64,000 bases of DNA from Pseudomonadota bacterium (GTDB taxonomy: Bacteria > Pseudomonadota > Gammaproteobacteria > Burkholderiales > Burkholderiaceae_C): the NCBI GenBank assembly GCA_018241185.1, contig JAFEEH010000195.1, positions 19,308 through 83,307 on the forward strand, in the 5' to 3' direction. The number at the start of each line of letters is the position of its first letter. The stretch's first letter is position 1. A program made the translations under genes and the position numbers. Under the pieces are notes generated by a model. The model did no database searches. It was not told the DNA's origin and saw only the letters and a list, made by a program, of their open reading frames with translations. Below, piece by piece: positions 1-9,363 of this stretch.

Positions 1-120
1 CGGTGGCGTTCCGCTGGACGGCTGACGCCGCAGGCGGCTGCGCCGGTCCATCGCCGTTGCATCCGGCGCGTCGGAGCCGGCATGCACGCACGCCGGCCGG
101 CGCCCTTCCCGCGCGCCGCG

Positions 121-942
121 TCAACTCGCCATGAGCAGGGGCAGCGTCGTGGATGCGAGCAAGGTGCGCGTCACCCCGCCGAACATCCACTCCCGGGCCC
201 TGCTGTGCCCGTAGCAGCCCATCACGAGCAGGCTCGCCTCGATGTCGGCCGCGAGCGAGAGAAGGCGTTCGCCGGCGTCGGTCTCGTCGACGCCCCCGTC
301 GTGAAGCGTGGCGGACACACCGTGGGCCGCCATGAGCGCCTGCACACGGCCGAGCGCATGTGCCGCGGCGTCGCCGTAGCTGACGACGTGCACCGCCTCG
401 GCCTTGGCCAGCCAGGGCCAGGCCGCCGCCAGCGCGCGTGCGGCCTCCGCAGTCTGCTTCCAGGCCACCAGCACGGTGCGGCCGATGTCGGGCAGCGGGC
501 CGGCCACGTAGGGAAGCACGAGCGCCGGCCGCCCGCTCTCCATGAGGACGCTGCTCAGGAAATCCCCGGGCAGGCGGCCGTCCAGGGGCTCGTCGGGGTC
601 GGGTTGCCCGAGGATCAGCAGATCGGCGTAGAACGCCCGCCGGATGAAGCCCCACGGGCCCTGGCCCACCAGGTGCTCCCAGGCCATGCAGGCCGCACCT
701 GCCGCGGCGTCCTCGAACGTGCGGCGCGCCCGCTCCGCCGCGGCGCGGTCGGCCTCCTGCAGGACCGACAGCGTGTCGCCGAGCGCGACCAGCGAGTACG
801 GGTACTGCATCAGCGCCGTCGGCATGCAAGGCAGGCTGACGGCGGTGGCACCGAAGCGCTCGGCGATCACCCGTGCCGTCCGCATCCGGGCACCGCAAGG
901 CGAAGAGTTGTCGGCCTGGACGAGGATGTGGCGCAGTGTCAT
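121..942 (-). CDS. Universal stress protein (tandem UspA domains)
   Basis: N-terminal LRHILVQAD; C-terminal LLVMGCYGHSRAREWMFGGVTRTLL...PLLMA USP signature; start moved to ATG 942 (MTLRH). Confidence 0.9.
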   Translation of the reverse strand: MTLRHILVQADNSSPCGARMRTARVIAERFGATAVSLPCMPTALMQYPYSLVALGDTLSVLQEADRAAAERARRTFEDAAAGAACMAWEHLVGQGPWGFIRRAFYADLLILGQPDPDEPLDGRLPGDFLSSVLMESGRPALVLPYVAGPLPDIGRTVLVAWKQTAEAARALAAAWPWLAKAEAVHVVSYGDAAAHALGRVQALMAAHGVSATLHDGGVDETDAGERLLSLAADIEASLLVMGCYGHSRAREWMFGGVTRTLLASTTLPLLMAS

Positions 943-955
943 GGCCGCGCCCCCC

Positions 956-1345
956 CTAGGCCCTGTCCCCATGCTTTTCCTTCACCCGCTCGCGGCCCGG
1001 CTTGTGCAGCAGGTGCTTCTTGACCTTCTTCGGGTTGCGGTCGCGGGCATAGCTGACCACGCGGTACGCATCGTTCGTGGCATTGCTGCGCCCCAGGCTG
1101 CAGATCACCTCGTCGGAGTCGCCGTCGAAGTCCGGGACCCTGTCACTGAAGCGGTCGTGGTTCTCGATCAGGGTCTCGATGCGGCAACCCGGGCTCAGCT
1201 CGACACCGATGCCGCGGAGGAATTCGCGCGGACGGCCCAGGAACGCCTTGAATTCGCTGGGCGTGCATTCCCAGAAATGTGCGCTGAACGGTTCGTTTCG
1301 CAGCACCTCGGAGCGCGCCGACAGATCGACGATATGCGTGGCCAT
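956..1345 (-). CDS. Hypothetical protein, 129 aa
   Basis: C-terminal part of ORF 956..1747 has normal composition from MATHIV (ATG 1345); AGG upstream; 13 bp from the USP start. Confidence 0.7.
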   Translation of the reverse strand: MATHIVDLSARSEVLRNEPFSAHFWECTPSEFKAFLGRPREFLRGIGVELSPGCRIETLIENHDRFSDRVPDFDGDSDEVICSLGRSNATNDAYRVVSYARDRNPKKVKKHLLHKPGRERVKEKHGDRA

Positions 1346-1417
1346 AGGGACGGTTCCTTTGCTTGACGGCTGTGGATTGCAGCCCGGCCAGTCTCTGCCC
1401 ACGCACGCCTGCATGGC

Positions 1418-1431
1418 TTGACGGACGTCAA
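1418..1431. promoter_or_regulatory. CRP/FNR-family (FNR/FixK-like) box
   Basis: Perfect palindrome TTGAC-GGAC-GTCAA about 75 bp upstream of the hypothetical-USP unit. Confidence 0.55.
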
Positions 1432-1519
1432 ACAGTCGGCGCGGCGCCCGCGCGACCGTGACATCTGGCGCTACGCTTTCGGCGCGAGAAGGCGAAACGC
1501 TCGAAACCAGAGATCGGCC

Positions 1520-1741
1520 ATGCTTCCCAACGGATACGTAGCGTGCAGCGCGATCGCGATCGTCGGACTGCTGGTCTGCACGGTCGGTCGTGACGAGGAC
1601 GGTGCGTCGATGCGATGGGAATGGGCGCTGATGTGCGTCGTCTGCGCCGTCCTGTCGTTCGACGTGCTGTCCGCGCGCATCTCCTCCGATGCACCTGCCT
1701 CGCCAGGACCGGGGACGGCGACGCAGGTCGCTCGGCGCTGA
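1520..1741 (+). CDS. Possible small membrane protein
   Basis: Two hydrophobic stretches (VACSAIAIVGLLVC, WALMCVVCAVLSF); ends 9 bp before the LysR gene; no recognisable family. Confidence 0.3.
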   Translation: MLPNGYVACSAIAIVGLLVCTVGRDEDGASMRWEWALMCVVCAVLSFDVLSARISSDAPASPGPGTATQVARR

Positions 1742-1750
1742 GCACACACC

Positions 1751-2779
1751 ATGGCCGGCGCCCCTGCCCGACGACGTTCAGGCGATCCCGCAGTGCCGCC
1801 GGTCGGGCCGGCCCTGCCGAAGGGAGACCTTCGTGCGCTGAGCATCTTCGCCGCGCTGTATACCGAACTGCAGGTCACGCGCGCCGCGCAGAAACTGGGC
1901 GTCACCCAGTCGGCCGTGAGCCATTCCCTCAAGGCCTTGCGCCAGCGTTTCGACGATCCGCTGTTCGAACGTGGCGCCGCGCAGCTTCGGCCCACCCGCC
2001 TGGCCCGAACGCTCGCACCGCACATCCTTCCAGCCGTGCAGGCGGCCGAAGCGGTGTTCGAGCACTGCCCGGGCAGCCTCGAAGCCCCGCGCTCGCGCAT
2101 GCTCTCGATCGGCATGACACCGGGCAGCCGCGCCGCACTGCTGCCAGGCTTGTGCCGGGCATTGGCCACAGGGAAGCACCAGGCACCAATGCGCATCGCG
2201 TCGATCCGCAGCGACGCCGATGCCCTGGAGGCCGTCGATCGCCGAAGCCTCGACCTGGCCGTGGGCGACTTCGGCGCAGCCGTACCCTCGCGCTTGAGGC
2301 AGACATTGCTGTACCAGGACGCCTTCGTCACCCTGGCGTGGCTCGGCAACAAGCGGCTGCCCGCCCGCACACTGCCACTGGACGCATTCCTCGACCTGCC
2401 GCACCTGCGCGTGGCGGACGATGACGACGGGACCGGCGACGCCGTCGACGAGTTGCTGGCCGCGCGGGGGCTTCGCCGGCGCGTCGAGGTGATCGCGCCT
2501 TCGTTCCTGCAAGCGCCGGAACTGCTCGTCGGGACATCGCTGCTCGTCACGATGCCGTCGAGCGTGGCACGCGCGCGCACCGATCTCGCCGAGCAGCTGC
2601 GCTTCTTCAAGCCGCCGCTGGCCTTGCGCAAGGTCGAGGTGGTCGCGGTGACGCATGCGCGATCGGCGACCGATCCGCTGATGCAGGCGGCCTGGCAGGC
2701 GCTGTTGCGGCTTGGCCGCGAGGTCGCTGCGGCTTCACGCGGCCCGGGGCAGCACAAGGTCCGCGCAGCTCATCCCTGA
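1751..2779 (+). CDS. LysR-family regulator (NodD/LeuO-like)
   Basis: HTH VTRAAQKLGVTQSAVSHSLKALRQRFDDPLFER; PBP2 C-terminal domain; start uncertain. Confidence 0.9.
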   Translation: MAGAPARRRSGDPAVPPVGPALPKGDLRALSIFAALYTELQVTRAAQKLGVTQSAVSHSLKALRQRFDDPLFERGAAQLRPTRLARTLAPHILPAVQAAEAVFEHCPGSLEAPRSRMLSIGMTPGSRAALLPGLCRALATGKHQAPMRIASIRSDADALEAVDRRSLDLAVGDFGAAVPSRLRQTLLYQDAFVTLAWLGNKRLPARTLPLDAFLDLPHLRVADDDDGTGDAVDELLAARGLRRRVEVIAPSFLQAPELLVGTSLLVTMPSSVARARTDLAEQLRFFKPPLALRKVEVVAVTHARSATDPLMQAAWQALLRLGREVAAASRGPGQHKVRAAHP

Positions 2780-3189
2780 ATCGGGTTTTCGTCGCTGGAG
2801 ATCCTCCATGCACCCTGCTGCAGCACGACACGGTAGCCGTCGGGGTCTTCGAAGGTCAGGCCGTGTGCATCCCAGAACGGCAAGCTGGACTTGACCACCG
2901 GGGCGCCGGCAGCGCGCATGCTGTCGACCGCCGCCCGCCAATCGGCGTGCTCGGGAAGGTAGAACACCAGGAGATGCTCCTGCGACCGGGAGAGCGCCGT
3001 ACCGCGGCGCCGGGGACGGACGAATTCGAGATGGTAGGGGGCGTCCTTGCGCCCCAGGACCATGCCGTCGAACCCGCCGTGGTCGTCGAACACACCGAGG
3101 ATCTGCATGCCCAGGCCGTCTCGGTAGAAGGGAAGAAGGGCGCTGAGGTCATGGGTCGGCCGCACGATGCGGAGCTTGGAAAAGGGCAT
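2770..3189 (-). CDS. VOC/glyoxalase-family protein (YycE-like)
   Basis: LRIVRPTHDL..LLPFYRDGLG, YHLEF, LLVFYLP, TFEDPDGYRVVL; start ATG 3189. Confidence 0.85.
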   Translation of the reverse strand: MPFSKLRIVRPTHDLSALLPFYRDGLGMQILGVFDDHGGFDGMVLGRKDAPYHLEFVRPRRRGTALSRSQEHLLVFYLPEHADWRAAVDSMRAAGAPVVKSSLPFWDAHGLTFEDPDGYRVVLQQGAWRISSDENPIQG

Positions 3190-3382
3190 GAAGACAAGGG
3201 TCGGGAGAGCGAATGCACCGGCTGGGACCGGCCGTGGAGGGCGAGACCATAGTCGCCGGCCCGACCGATGGGAAGCTTCATGAGCCCGGCTCAACATGCC
3301 GTCCGCGGCGTTCATGACGTGCCGGTGCCGGGCGGCGAACCGGCCCGTGCGCGCACGATGAAGCCCTGTCGGGAGACTCCTG

Positions 3383-4582
3383 TCAGGCGATTGCGCCGGC
3401 ACGCACCACCACCGCCCCGCCCGCGACGACCAGTCGGCGGGGCGGCCGCGCGACGACCGCGTGCGCGACGCTCTGCGCATCGACCAGCACCAGGTCGGCC
3501 CGGCTGCCCGGCACCAGGCCGTGGTCGGCGAACCCGCAGCCCAGGGCGGCCGCGCGCGTCACGCAGTCCAGCGCGATGTCGATCTCGTCGTCGCGGCGCA
3601 GGTTGTAGCGCAGGCCGATGAGCATGGCGCGCTCCAGCATGTCGGGCGTGCCGTAGGGGGTCCATGTGTCGCGGATGCCGTCGTTGCCGCCCAGCACCGT
3701 CACGCCCGCCGCCCGGCAGGCCACGAGCGGCGGCACGCTGCGCGAGGGCGGCGCGCTGGTGACCAGCACCACGCCCAGCGCGGCCATGCGCGCCAGCAGC
3801 GCGTTGCACTCCGAAGCCGGCAGGTCGCCCAGGCAGAAGCCGTGGCTGATCGCCACGCGGCCCTGCAGGCCCAGCGCCTCGGTGCGGTCCAGGATCAGGC
3901 CGAGCGAGAAGGCGCCCATCGCGCCGGGCTCGTGCAGGTGGATGTCCAGCGGCTTGCCATGCTTCGCGGCGATGCCGAAAAGCACGTCGAGCGAGCGCAC
4001 CGGGTCGCCGTCGATGGCACAGGGGTCCAGCCCGCCCAGCACGTCGGCGCCGGCGGCCAGCGCGGCATCCAGCAACTCGGCCGTGCCGGGCCGCACCAAC
4101 AGGCCCGACTGCGGGAAGGCCACGGTCTGGATCTGCTGCCAGGGCGCCATGGCGTCGCGCGTGCGCAGCACGCCCTCCAGGTGCTGGAGGCCCGCCTGCG
4201 TGTCGATGTCGACGTGGGTGCGAATGCGCGTCGTGCCGGTCGCCAGGAAGGCGCGTGCCAGGGCCAGCGACTGCGTTGCCGCATCGTGCCCGCTCGCATG
4301 CCGGAAGGCGCGCTCGTTGTCGATCCGGTCGGCCAGGCGTGTGCCGACCTCGTTGCGGTACCAGGGCAAGCCCCACAGCGTCTTGTCGAGGTGCGTGTGG
4401 CCTTCGACCAGGCCGGGCAGCAGCAGCGCGCCGCCGCCCTCCTCCACCACCGCGTCCGCCGGCGCCGGCAGACCGGCGCCGACAGCGGCGATGCGGTCGC
4501 CCTGCACGAGGACATCGACCGGGGCGGCACCGAACGGGCGGACGTCGCGCAGGAGCAGCGCGGGAGAAGGAGCGAGGGTCAT
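3383..4582 (-). CDS. Metal-dependent amidohydrolase (cytosine deaminase-like)
   Basis: EGHTHLDK, DIHLHE, ISHGFCL and GND metal motifs; start ATG 4582 (an in-frame ATG at 4657 is also possible). Confidence 0.88.
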   Translation of the reverse strand: MTLAPSPALLLRDVRPFGAAPVDVLVQGDRIAAVGAGLPAPADAVVEEGGGALLLPGLVEGHTHLDKTLWGLPWYRNEVGTRLADRIDNERAFRHASGHDAATQSLALARAFLATGTTRIRTHVDIDTQAGLQHLEGVLRTRDAMAPWQQIQTVAFPQSGLLVRPGTAELLDAALAAGADVLGGLDPCAIDGDPVRSLDVLFGIAAKHGKPLDIHLHEPGAMGAFSLGLILDRTEALGLQGRVAISHGFCLGDLPASECNALLARMAALGVVLVTSAPPSRSVPPLVACRAAGVTVLGGNDGIRDTWTPYGTPDMLERAMLIGLRYNLRRDDEIDIALDCVTRAAALGCGFADHGLVPGSRADLVLVDAQSVAHAVVARPPRRLVVAGGAVVVRAGAIA

Positions 4583-4658
4583 TCGGGAAAGGGGCGGTGG
4601 TGGACTGCGCCCCGGATCATGGCGCAGGGCCGCCGTCCTCACGGCGCGCTGCGGCATT

Positions 4659-4722
4659 TGCTCCTGATTCGATAGCTGCTCGCGCCCATTGGGTGGGCGT
4701 TGCGGGCACTTTTGACTCTGAA
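4659..4722. repeat. 63-bp intergenic palindromic repeat, family B copy 1
   Basis: TGCTCCTGATTCGATAGCTGC-hairpin-GCACTTTTGACTCTGAA; aligns by eye with four other copies. Confidence 0.75.
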
Positions 4723-4738
4723 GTTCTGCCAGCCGACT

Positions 4739-5716
4739 TCACACCCACCCCGCCTTGCGGAAGCGCCAGTACAGGTAGCCGCACACCCCCACGATCACCC
4801 CCAGCGCCGCCGGGTAGCCGTAGCGCCACTTCAGCTCGGGCATGAACTCGAAGTTCATCCCCCACACACCGACGAAGGCGGTGCATACCGCGAAGATCGC
4901 CGCCCAGGCCGCCAGGCGCTTGGTCACCTCGCCGTCGGCGATGGTGACCAGCGACAGGTTGACCTGGATGGCGACGCCGATGGTGTCGCGGATCGCGTCG
5001 ACCGAGGCGTTGATGCGCGCCAGGTGGTCGATCACGTCGCGGAAGTAGTCCTGCGTGCCCAGGCACAGCGACGGCACGCGGCCGCCATACAGGCGCCCGG
5101 CCGCCTCCAGCAGCGGTGCGACCGCATGCTTGAGCACGCGCAGCCGGCGCTTCAGGCCATACAGGCGCTGGATGTTCTCGCGCCCGGCTTTCTCGGTGAG
5201 GATCTGCTTCTCGATCGTCTCCAGCTCGTCCTCGAGGTGTTCGATGACCGGAAAGTAGCGGTCGACCACCTCGTCCATCAGCGCATAGAGCACGAAGCCC
5301 GGGCCGTTCTTCAGCAGCTCGGGCTCGCGCTCGCAGCGCTCGCGCACGCGGGCCAGGCTCTGGTCGCTGCGGTTGCGCACCGACACGACATAGTTGCGGC
5401 CCGCGAACACGTCGACCTCGCCCACGCGGATGCGCCGGTGCTCGCCTTCGCCTTCGATGTCGAGCAGGTGCATGACGACGAAGAGCGACTCGCCGTACTC
5501 CTCGACCTTGGGACGCTGCTGGCCGCGCTGCACGTCCTCTACGGCCAGCGGGTGCAGGTCGAAGGCGCGCTGCAGCGTCGCGAGCTCCTCGTCGCTCGCG
5601 TCGTGCAGGGCCACCCAGACGAAGGTGCCGGGGTCGGACAGGTGCTGCGGGATGTCGTCGAGACCAATGTCGGCGAGCTTTCGGCCTTCGCGGTAGGCGG
5701 CGCAGTTGATGAGCAT
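4739..5716 (-). CDS. corA: Magnesium/cobalt transporter CorA
   Basis: FDLHPLAVED, QRPKVEEYG, GMN signature WGMNFEFMPEL, two C-terminal TM helices. Confidence 0.93.
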   Translation of the reverse strand: MLINCAAYREGRKLADIGLDDIPQHLSDPGTFVWVALHDASDEELATLQRAFDLHPLAVEDVQRGQQRPKVEEYGESLFVVMHLLDIEGEGEHRRIRVGEVDVFAGRNYVVSVRNRSDQSLARVRERCEREPELLKNGPGFVLYALMDEVVDRYFPVIEHLEDELETIEKQILTEKAGRENIQRLYGLKRRLRVLKHAVAPLLEAAGRLYGGRVPSLCLGTQDYFRDVIDHLARINASVDAIRDTIGVAIQVNLSLVTIADGEVTKRLAAWAAIFAVCTAFVGVWGMNFEFMPELKWRYGYPAALGVIVGVCGYLYWRFRKAGWV

Positions 5717-5954
5717 GGCGGTCGGAGATGGCGTGGCCACCATCGTGCCACCGCGCCTCGGACGGTGCCCGTAGGCCGCCGCCGCGGCACGTGGCGTGGC
5801 GCGTTCAGCCGGCGTTCAGGCCCTCATCGGGAGGAATTGTCCGACGGGGCCGCAGACCCCGGCTGCCTAGAATCGACGCGATCATGCCCGTGCAAACACA
5901 GTCCCAGACCCGTCGCCCCATGCAGGGCCGGCTGGGGCGCACGGGCCCCGGCGC

Positions 5955-7679
5955 ATGAGCAGGCGTGGCGCCCCCCTGCCACCCGACGAAGACCGCCGCC
6001 TGGCGGCGCTCGACGAGCTGCAGGTGCTCGACACCGGCGCCGAAGCCGTGTTCGACGATGTGGTGCTGCTGGCCTCGCAGCTGTGCGGAACCCCGATCGC
6101 GCTGGTGTCGCTGATCGATGCCGAACGCCAGTGGTTCAAGGCCCGCGTCGGGCTGGACGCCACCGAAACGCCGCGCAGCGACGCCTTCTGCGCCCATGCC
6201 ATCCTGGATCCCGACACCGTCATGCAGGTGCACGACGCGGTGCTGGACCCCCGCTTCACCGACAACCCCCTGGTGCAGGGCGAGCCCCGCATCCGCTTCT
6301 ATGCGGGCGCGCCCATCGTCACGCCCGCCGGCGATGCGCTCGGCACCGTCTGCGTGATCGACCGCGAGCCGCGCGAACTCTCGGCCGGGCAGGCCGCGGC
6401 GCTGCAGGCGCTGGCCCGGCAGACCGCGGTGCTGCTGCAGTTGCGCGCCGCCAACCGCAGCAAGGACCGCCAGGCGGCCGCGCTGCGCCAGGAGGTGACC
6501 GACGCGCTGACCGGCGCCGACAACGACAACGCCCTGCTGCGCAAGCGCCAGCGCCTGGCGGCGGTCGGCCAGCTCACCAGCGGCATCGCGCACGACTTCA
6601 ACAACCTGCTCCAGGCGGTGAGCGGCAACCTGCAGCTCATCGAGCGCAAGGCCGACCAGCCGAACGTGGTGCGCCGCCGCGCGCAGGGCGGCCTGGACGC
6701 CGTGCGCAGTGCCGCAGACCTGACGCGCCAGCTGCTGAACTTCTCGCGCGACCAGGTGCCCGAGTACCGCCCCATGGCCGCCGCCGCGCGCGTGGCGCAG
6801 ATGCGCGAGCTGCTGCGCCGCGCCGTCGGGCCCGAGATGCAGCTGCAGTTCCGGCTGCAGGACACCGAGGTGCTGACCCTCGCCGACCCGACCCAGCTCG
6901 AAGCGGCCATCCTCAACCTGGCGATCAACGCACGCGATGCGCAGCACGGCGTGGGCGCGCTGCGCATCGGTTCCCGGCGCGCCCCGGTGCGCGGCGACGC
7001 CGAGCTGCCCGATGGCGCCTACCTGGTGCTCACCCTCGAGGACGACGGCCCCGGCATGGCGCCGGACGTGGCGGCGCGCGCGTTCGAACCCTTCTTCACC
7101 ACCAAGGGCGAGGCGCAGGGCACCGGCCTGGGGCTGGCGCAGGTGCGCGGCTTCGCGCTGCGTGCCGGCGGCACCGCGCGCATCACGAGCGCGCCCGGCC
7201 AGGGAACGACCGTCACGCTGTGGCTGCGCGAGGTCGACAGCGCGGCGGCGCCGCCCGAAGGCATCGGCACCCCCGCCCCCTGCGACCCCACGCCCGCACG
7301 CGTGAATGCGCACGTTCTGCTCGTCGACGACGATGGCCATGTGCGCGAATCCCTCGGCGCCCTGCTGGCCGAAGCCGGCTACCGCGTGACCGTCGCTGCG
7401 GCGGGCGCCCAGGCGCTGGTGGCGGTCGCCGCTTCGGCGCCCGACATCGTGCTGGCCGATTTCGGCATGGTGGGCATGAACGGCGCCGCGCTGGCCGGTG
7501 AACTGCGGCGCCTGCACCCGGGGCTGCCGGTGGTCATCCTCACCGGCTATGCCGACGTCGACCGGCTGCTGCCCCTGCTGTGGCCGGGCGCGGTGGTGCT
7601 GCGCAAGCCGCTGCTGCTGGATGCGGTGCGCGGCGCGATCGACGACGCCCTCGGCGGGGGCTGCGCGCCGGCTGCCTGA
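5955..7679 (+). CDS. GAF-domain hybrid sensor histidine kinase (GAF-HisKA-HATPase-REC)
   Basis: GAF (FCAHAI, IRFYAGAP); H-box GIAHDFNNLL; N-box NLAINARDA; G-boxes; receiver VDDD...D...KP. Confidence 0.93.
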   Translation: MSRRGAPLPPDEDRRLAALDELQVLDTGAEAVFDDVVLLASQLCGTPIALVSLIDAERQWFKARVGLDATETPRSDAFCAHAILDPDTVMQVHDAVLDPRFTDNPLVQGEPRIRFYAGAPIVTPAGDALGTVCVIDREPRELSAGQAAALQALARQTAVLLQLRAANRSKDRQAAALRQEVTDALTGADNDNALLRKRQRLAAVGQLTSGIAHDFNNLLQAVSGNLQLIERKADQPNVVRRRAQGGLDAVRSAADLTRQLLNFSRDQVPEYRPMAAAARVAQMRELLRRAVGPEMQLQFRLQDTEVLTLADPTQLEAAILNLAINARDAQHGVGALRIGSRRAPVRGDAELPDGAYLVLTLEDDGPGMAPDVAARAFEPFFTTKGEAQGTGLGLAQVRGFALRAGGTARITSAPGQGTTVTLWLREVDSAAAPPEGIGTPAPCDPTPARVNAHVLLVDDDGHVRESLGALLAEAGYRVTVAAAGAQALVAVAASAPDIVLADFGMVGMNGAALAGELRRLHPGLPVVILTGYADVDRLLPLLWPGAVVLRKPLLLDAVRGAIDDALGGGCAPAA

Positions 7680-7697
7680 GTCGCGGCACCTCGCGGC

Positions 7698-7752
7698 GCT
7701 CCTGAATCGATAGCTGGTGGCGCTTGCTCCACGGGCGTTGCAGGCACTTTTC
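7698..7752. repeat. Family B repeat copy 2 (slightly truncated)
   Basis: GCTCCTGAATCGATAGCTGG...GGGCGTTGCAGGCACTTTT. Confidence 0.7.
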
Positions 7753-7833
7753 CCTCGCATCGTGGGCGCCTGGGGCAGGCCACGCCACTACACTTTCGCG
7801 GCCCTCGAGGAGCAAAAAAGGAGAAGGGGCCGC

Positions 7834-9225
7834 ATGCCAGAACCGACATTCCAGCACCCGGACTTCGCGCCGGATCTTTCGCAATTCGAACGCGAGCCGC
7901 CCGGGCCGCCTGGGCCGCCCGACACCCCGCCGCCCGGCGCGCGGCCCCCGCGCGACATCGAGGCCTGGCCACTGGCCTTCACCGGCGACGGTGGCGTGTA
8001 CTTCGGCGTCTGGATCGTCAACGTGCTGCTGACCATCGTGACGCTCGGGCTGTTCACGCCGTGGGCGCGGCGCCGCACGATCAAGTACTTCTACGGCCAC
8101 ACGCTGGTGGCCGACAGCCCGCTCGAATTCACCGCCGGCATCCGCGGCATGGTGTTCGGCTTCCTGCTGCTGGCGGCCTTCTACATCGCGCTGAACGTGG
8201 CGGCCGAGACGGGCCAGCACATCGTGTACTTCGCGATCGTGACCGGCGGCGCCGTGCTGGCGCCCTTCCTCTGGGGCAGCGCGATGCGCTTCCGGCTCGG
8301 CCACACCCGCTGGCGCGGGCTGCGCCTGCGCTTCACGGCCGGCTGGGGCGAGGTGTACCGCGCGAGCTGGCCGGTGTTCGCGCTGGCCGCGGTGTGGCTG
8401 GTGGCGGGCGCAACCATCAACACGATGCTTGAGCCTGCACGGCAACAGGCAGTCGCCGAGCAGCAGGCGTTCGAAGAGATGTCCGAGCAGTTGGACAACG
8501 AAGGCCAAAGTCTCCCGGACCCTCGCTTCAAACCGACGACACCGCGCCCCACCTGGCCCATGGCCGGCGTCGCGCTGGCGGCGGCGCTGCTGAGCCTGCT
8601 GTGCCTGATCCGCCTCGAGTTCAACTACAAGCGCCTCTTGGTGATGCGCGCCGCCGTCGGTGGGCAGACAGGCCGCTGGAAGCCGGTGTTCGGCGACTTC
8701 GTGCGCATCTGGGCCGCCAGCGTGGGCTTCTTCATCGCCACGCTGCTGGGCATCGGCGTCGCGATCGGGGCCCTGATCGGCGTCGCTGCGCTGGTGTCGG
8801 GCGGCCTGGCGGCAATGGGCGCGCAGCGCGGCAGTGCCACCTTCATCGTGATCGCGATCGTGGCGGTGTTCGTGCTGATCATGGCGATGTTCTTCGCCGC
8901 CTCGCCCGCCATGGCGTATCGCGAGGCGCGCATGTTCCAGCTCATGTGGAACAACATCGGCGTGAGCGACATGGCCCGCTTCAAGACCGACCTGCGCACC
9001 GCCGGCTTCGTGTGGCTGCGCATCCGCAACATCCTGCTGAACATGCTCACGGCCGGCTTCTACCGGCCCTTCGCGCGGGTGGCCGAGTACAAGATGAAGA
9101 CCGAATCGGTCACGCTGCACGTCAAGGGCGGGCTCGACCGGCTGGTCGGCACGCTCGAGGCGCAGCAGAAGGACGGCTTCGGCGACGCCGTGGCCGATGC
9201 GCTGGGCATCGATGTGATTGGATGA
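7834..9225 (+). CDS. YjgN/DUF898-family inner membrane protein
   Basis: FTGDGGVYFGVWIVNVLLTIVTLGLFTPWA..R..KYFYGHT; many TM helices; typical partner of an M48 gene. Confidence 0.88.
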   Translation: MPEPTFQHPDFAPDLSQFEREPPGPPGPPDTPPPGARPPRDIEAWPLAFTGDGGVYFGVWIVNVLLTIVTLGLFTPWARRRTIKYFYGHTLVADSPLEFTAGIRGMVFGFLLLAAFYIALNVAAETGQHIVYFAIVTGGAVLAPFLWGSAMRFRLGHTRWRGLRLRFTAGWGEVYRASWPVFALAAVWLVAGATINTMLEPARQQAVAEQQAFEEMSEQLDNEGQSLPDPRFKPTTPRPTWPMAGVALAAALLSLLCLIRLEFNYKRLLVMRAAVGGQTGRWKPVFGDFVRIWAASVGFFIATLLGIGVAIGALIGVAALVSGGLAAMGAQRGSATFIVIAIVAVFVLIMAMFFAASPAMAYREARMFQLMWNNIGVSDMARFKTDLRTAGFVWLRIRNILLNMLTAGFYRPFARVAEYKMKTESVTLHVKGGLDRLVGTLEAQQKDGFGDAVADALGIDVIG

Positions 9226-9321
9226 CACCCCCCAAGCCGCTTCGCGGCTCCCCCCTCTCTGGCGCCTTCGGCTTGGAGGGGGGCGCACCCGGAGGCCTGG
9301 CAGAGCCAGTTCCTCGGGTGC
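9226..9321. repeat. Multi-hairpin REP-like element (family D, single copy here)
   Basis: Nested stems AGCCGC-TTC-GCGGCT, CCCCCCTC...GAGGGGGG, GCACCCG...CGGGTGC with inner CTGGC-AGA-GCCAG. Confidence 0.5.
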
Positions 9322-9363
9322 CCTGGAGGCGTCGCTGCGCTCGCCGACCGACCTGCGTACGAT

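Noticed and set aside
956-1345. RiPP biosynthetic cluster around the NHLP-like protein
   Set aside because: No YcaO, radical SAM, LanM or peptidase-transporter nearby, and no Gly-Gly cleavage site with a core peptide.
4700-7501. Very long ORFs such as 4700..7501 (+), 9380..12325 (-), 20025..22310 (+) and 48588..51116 (+)
   Set aside because: Antisense or off-frame shadows of well-supported genes; Arg/Ala/Gly/Pro-rich with no motifs, as expected at about 70% GC.
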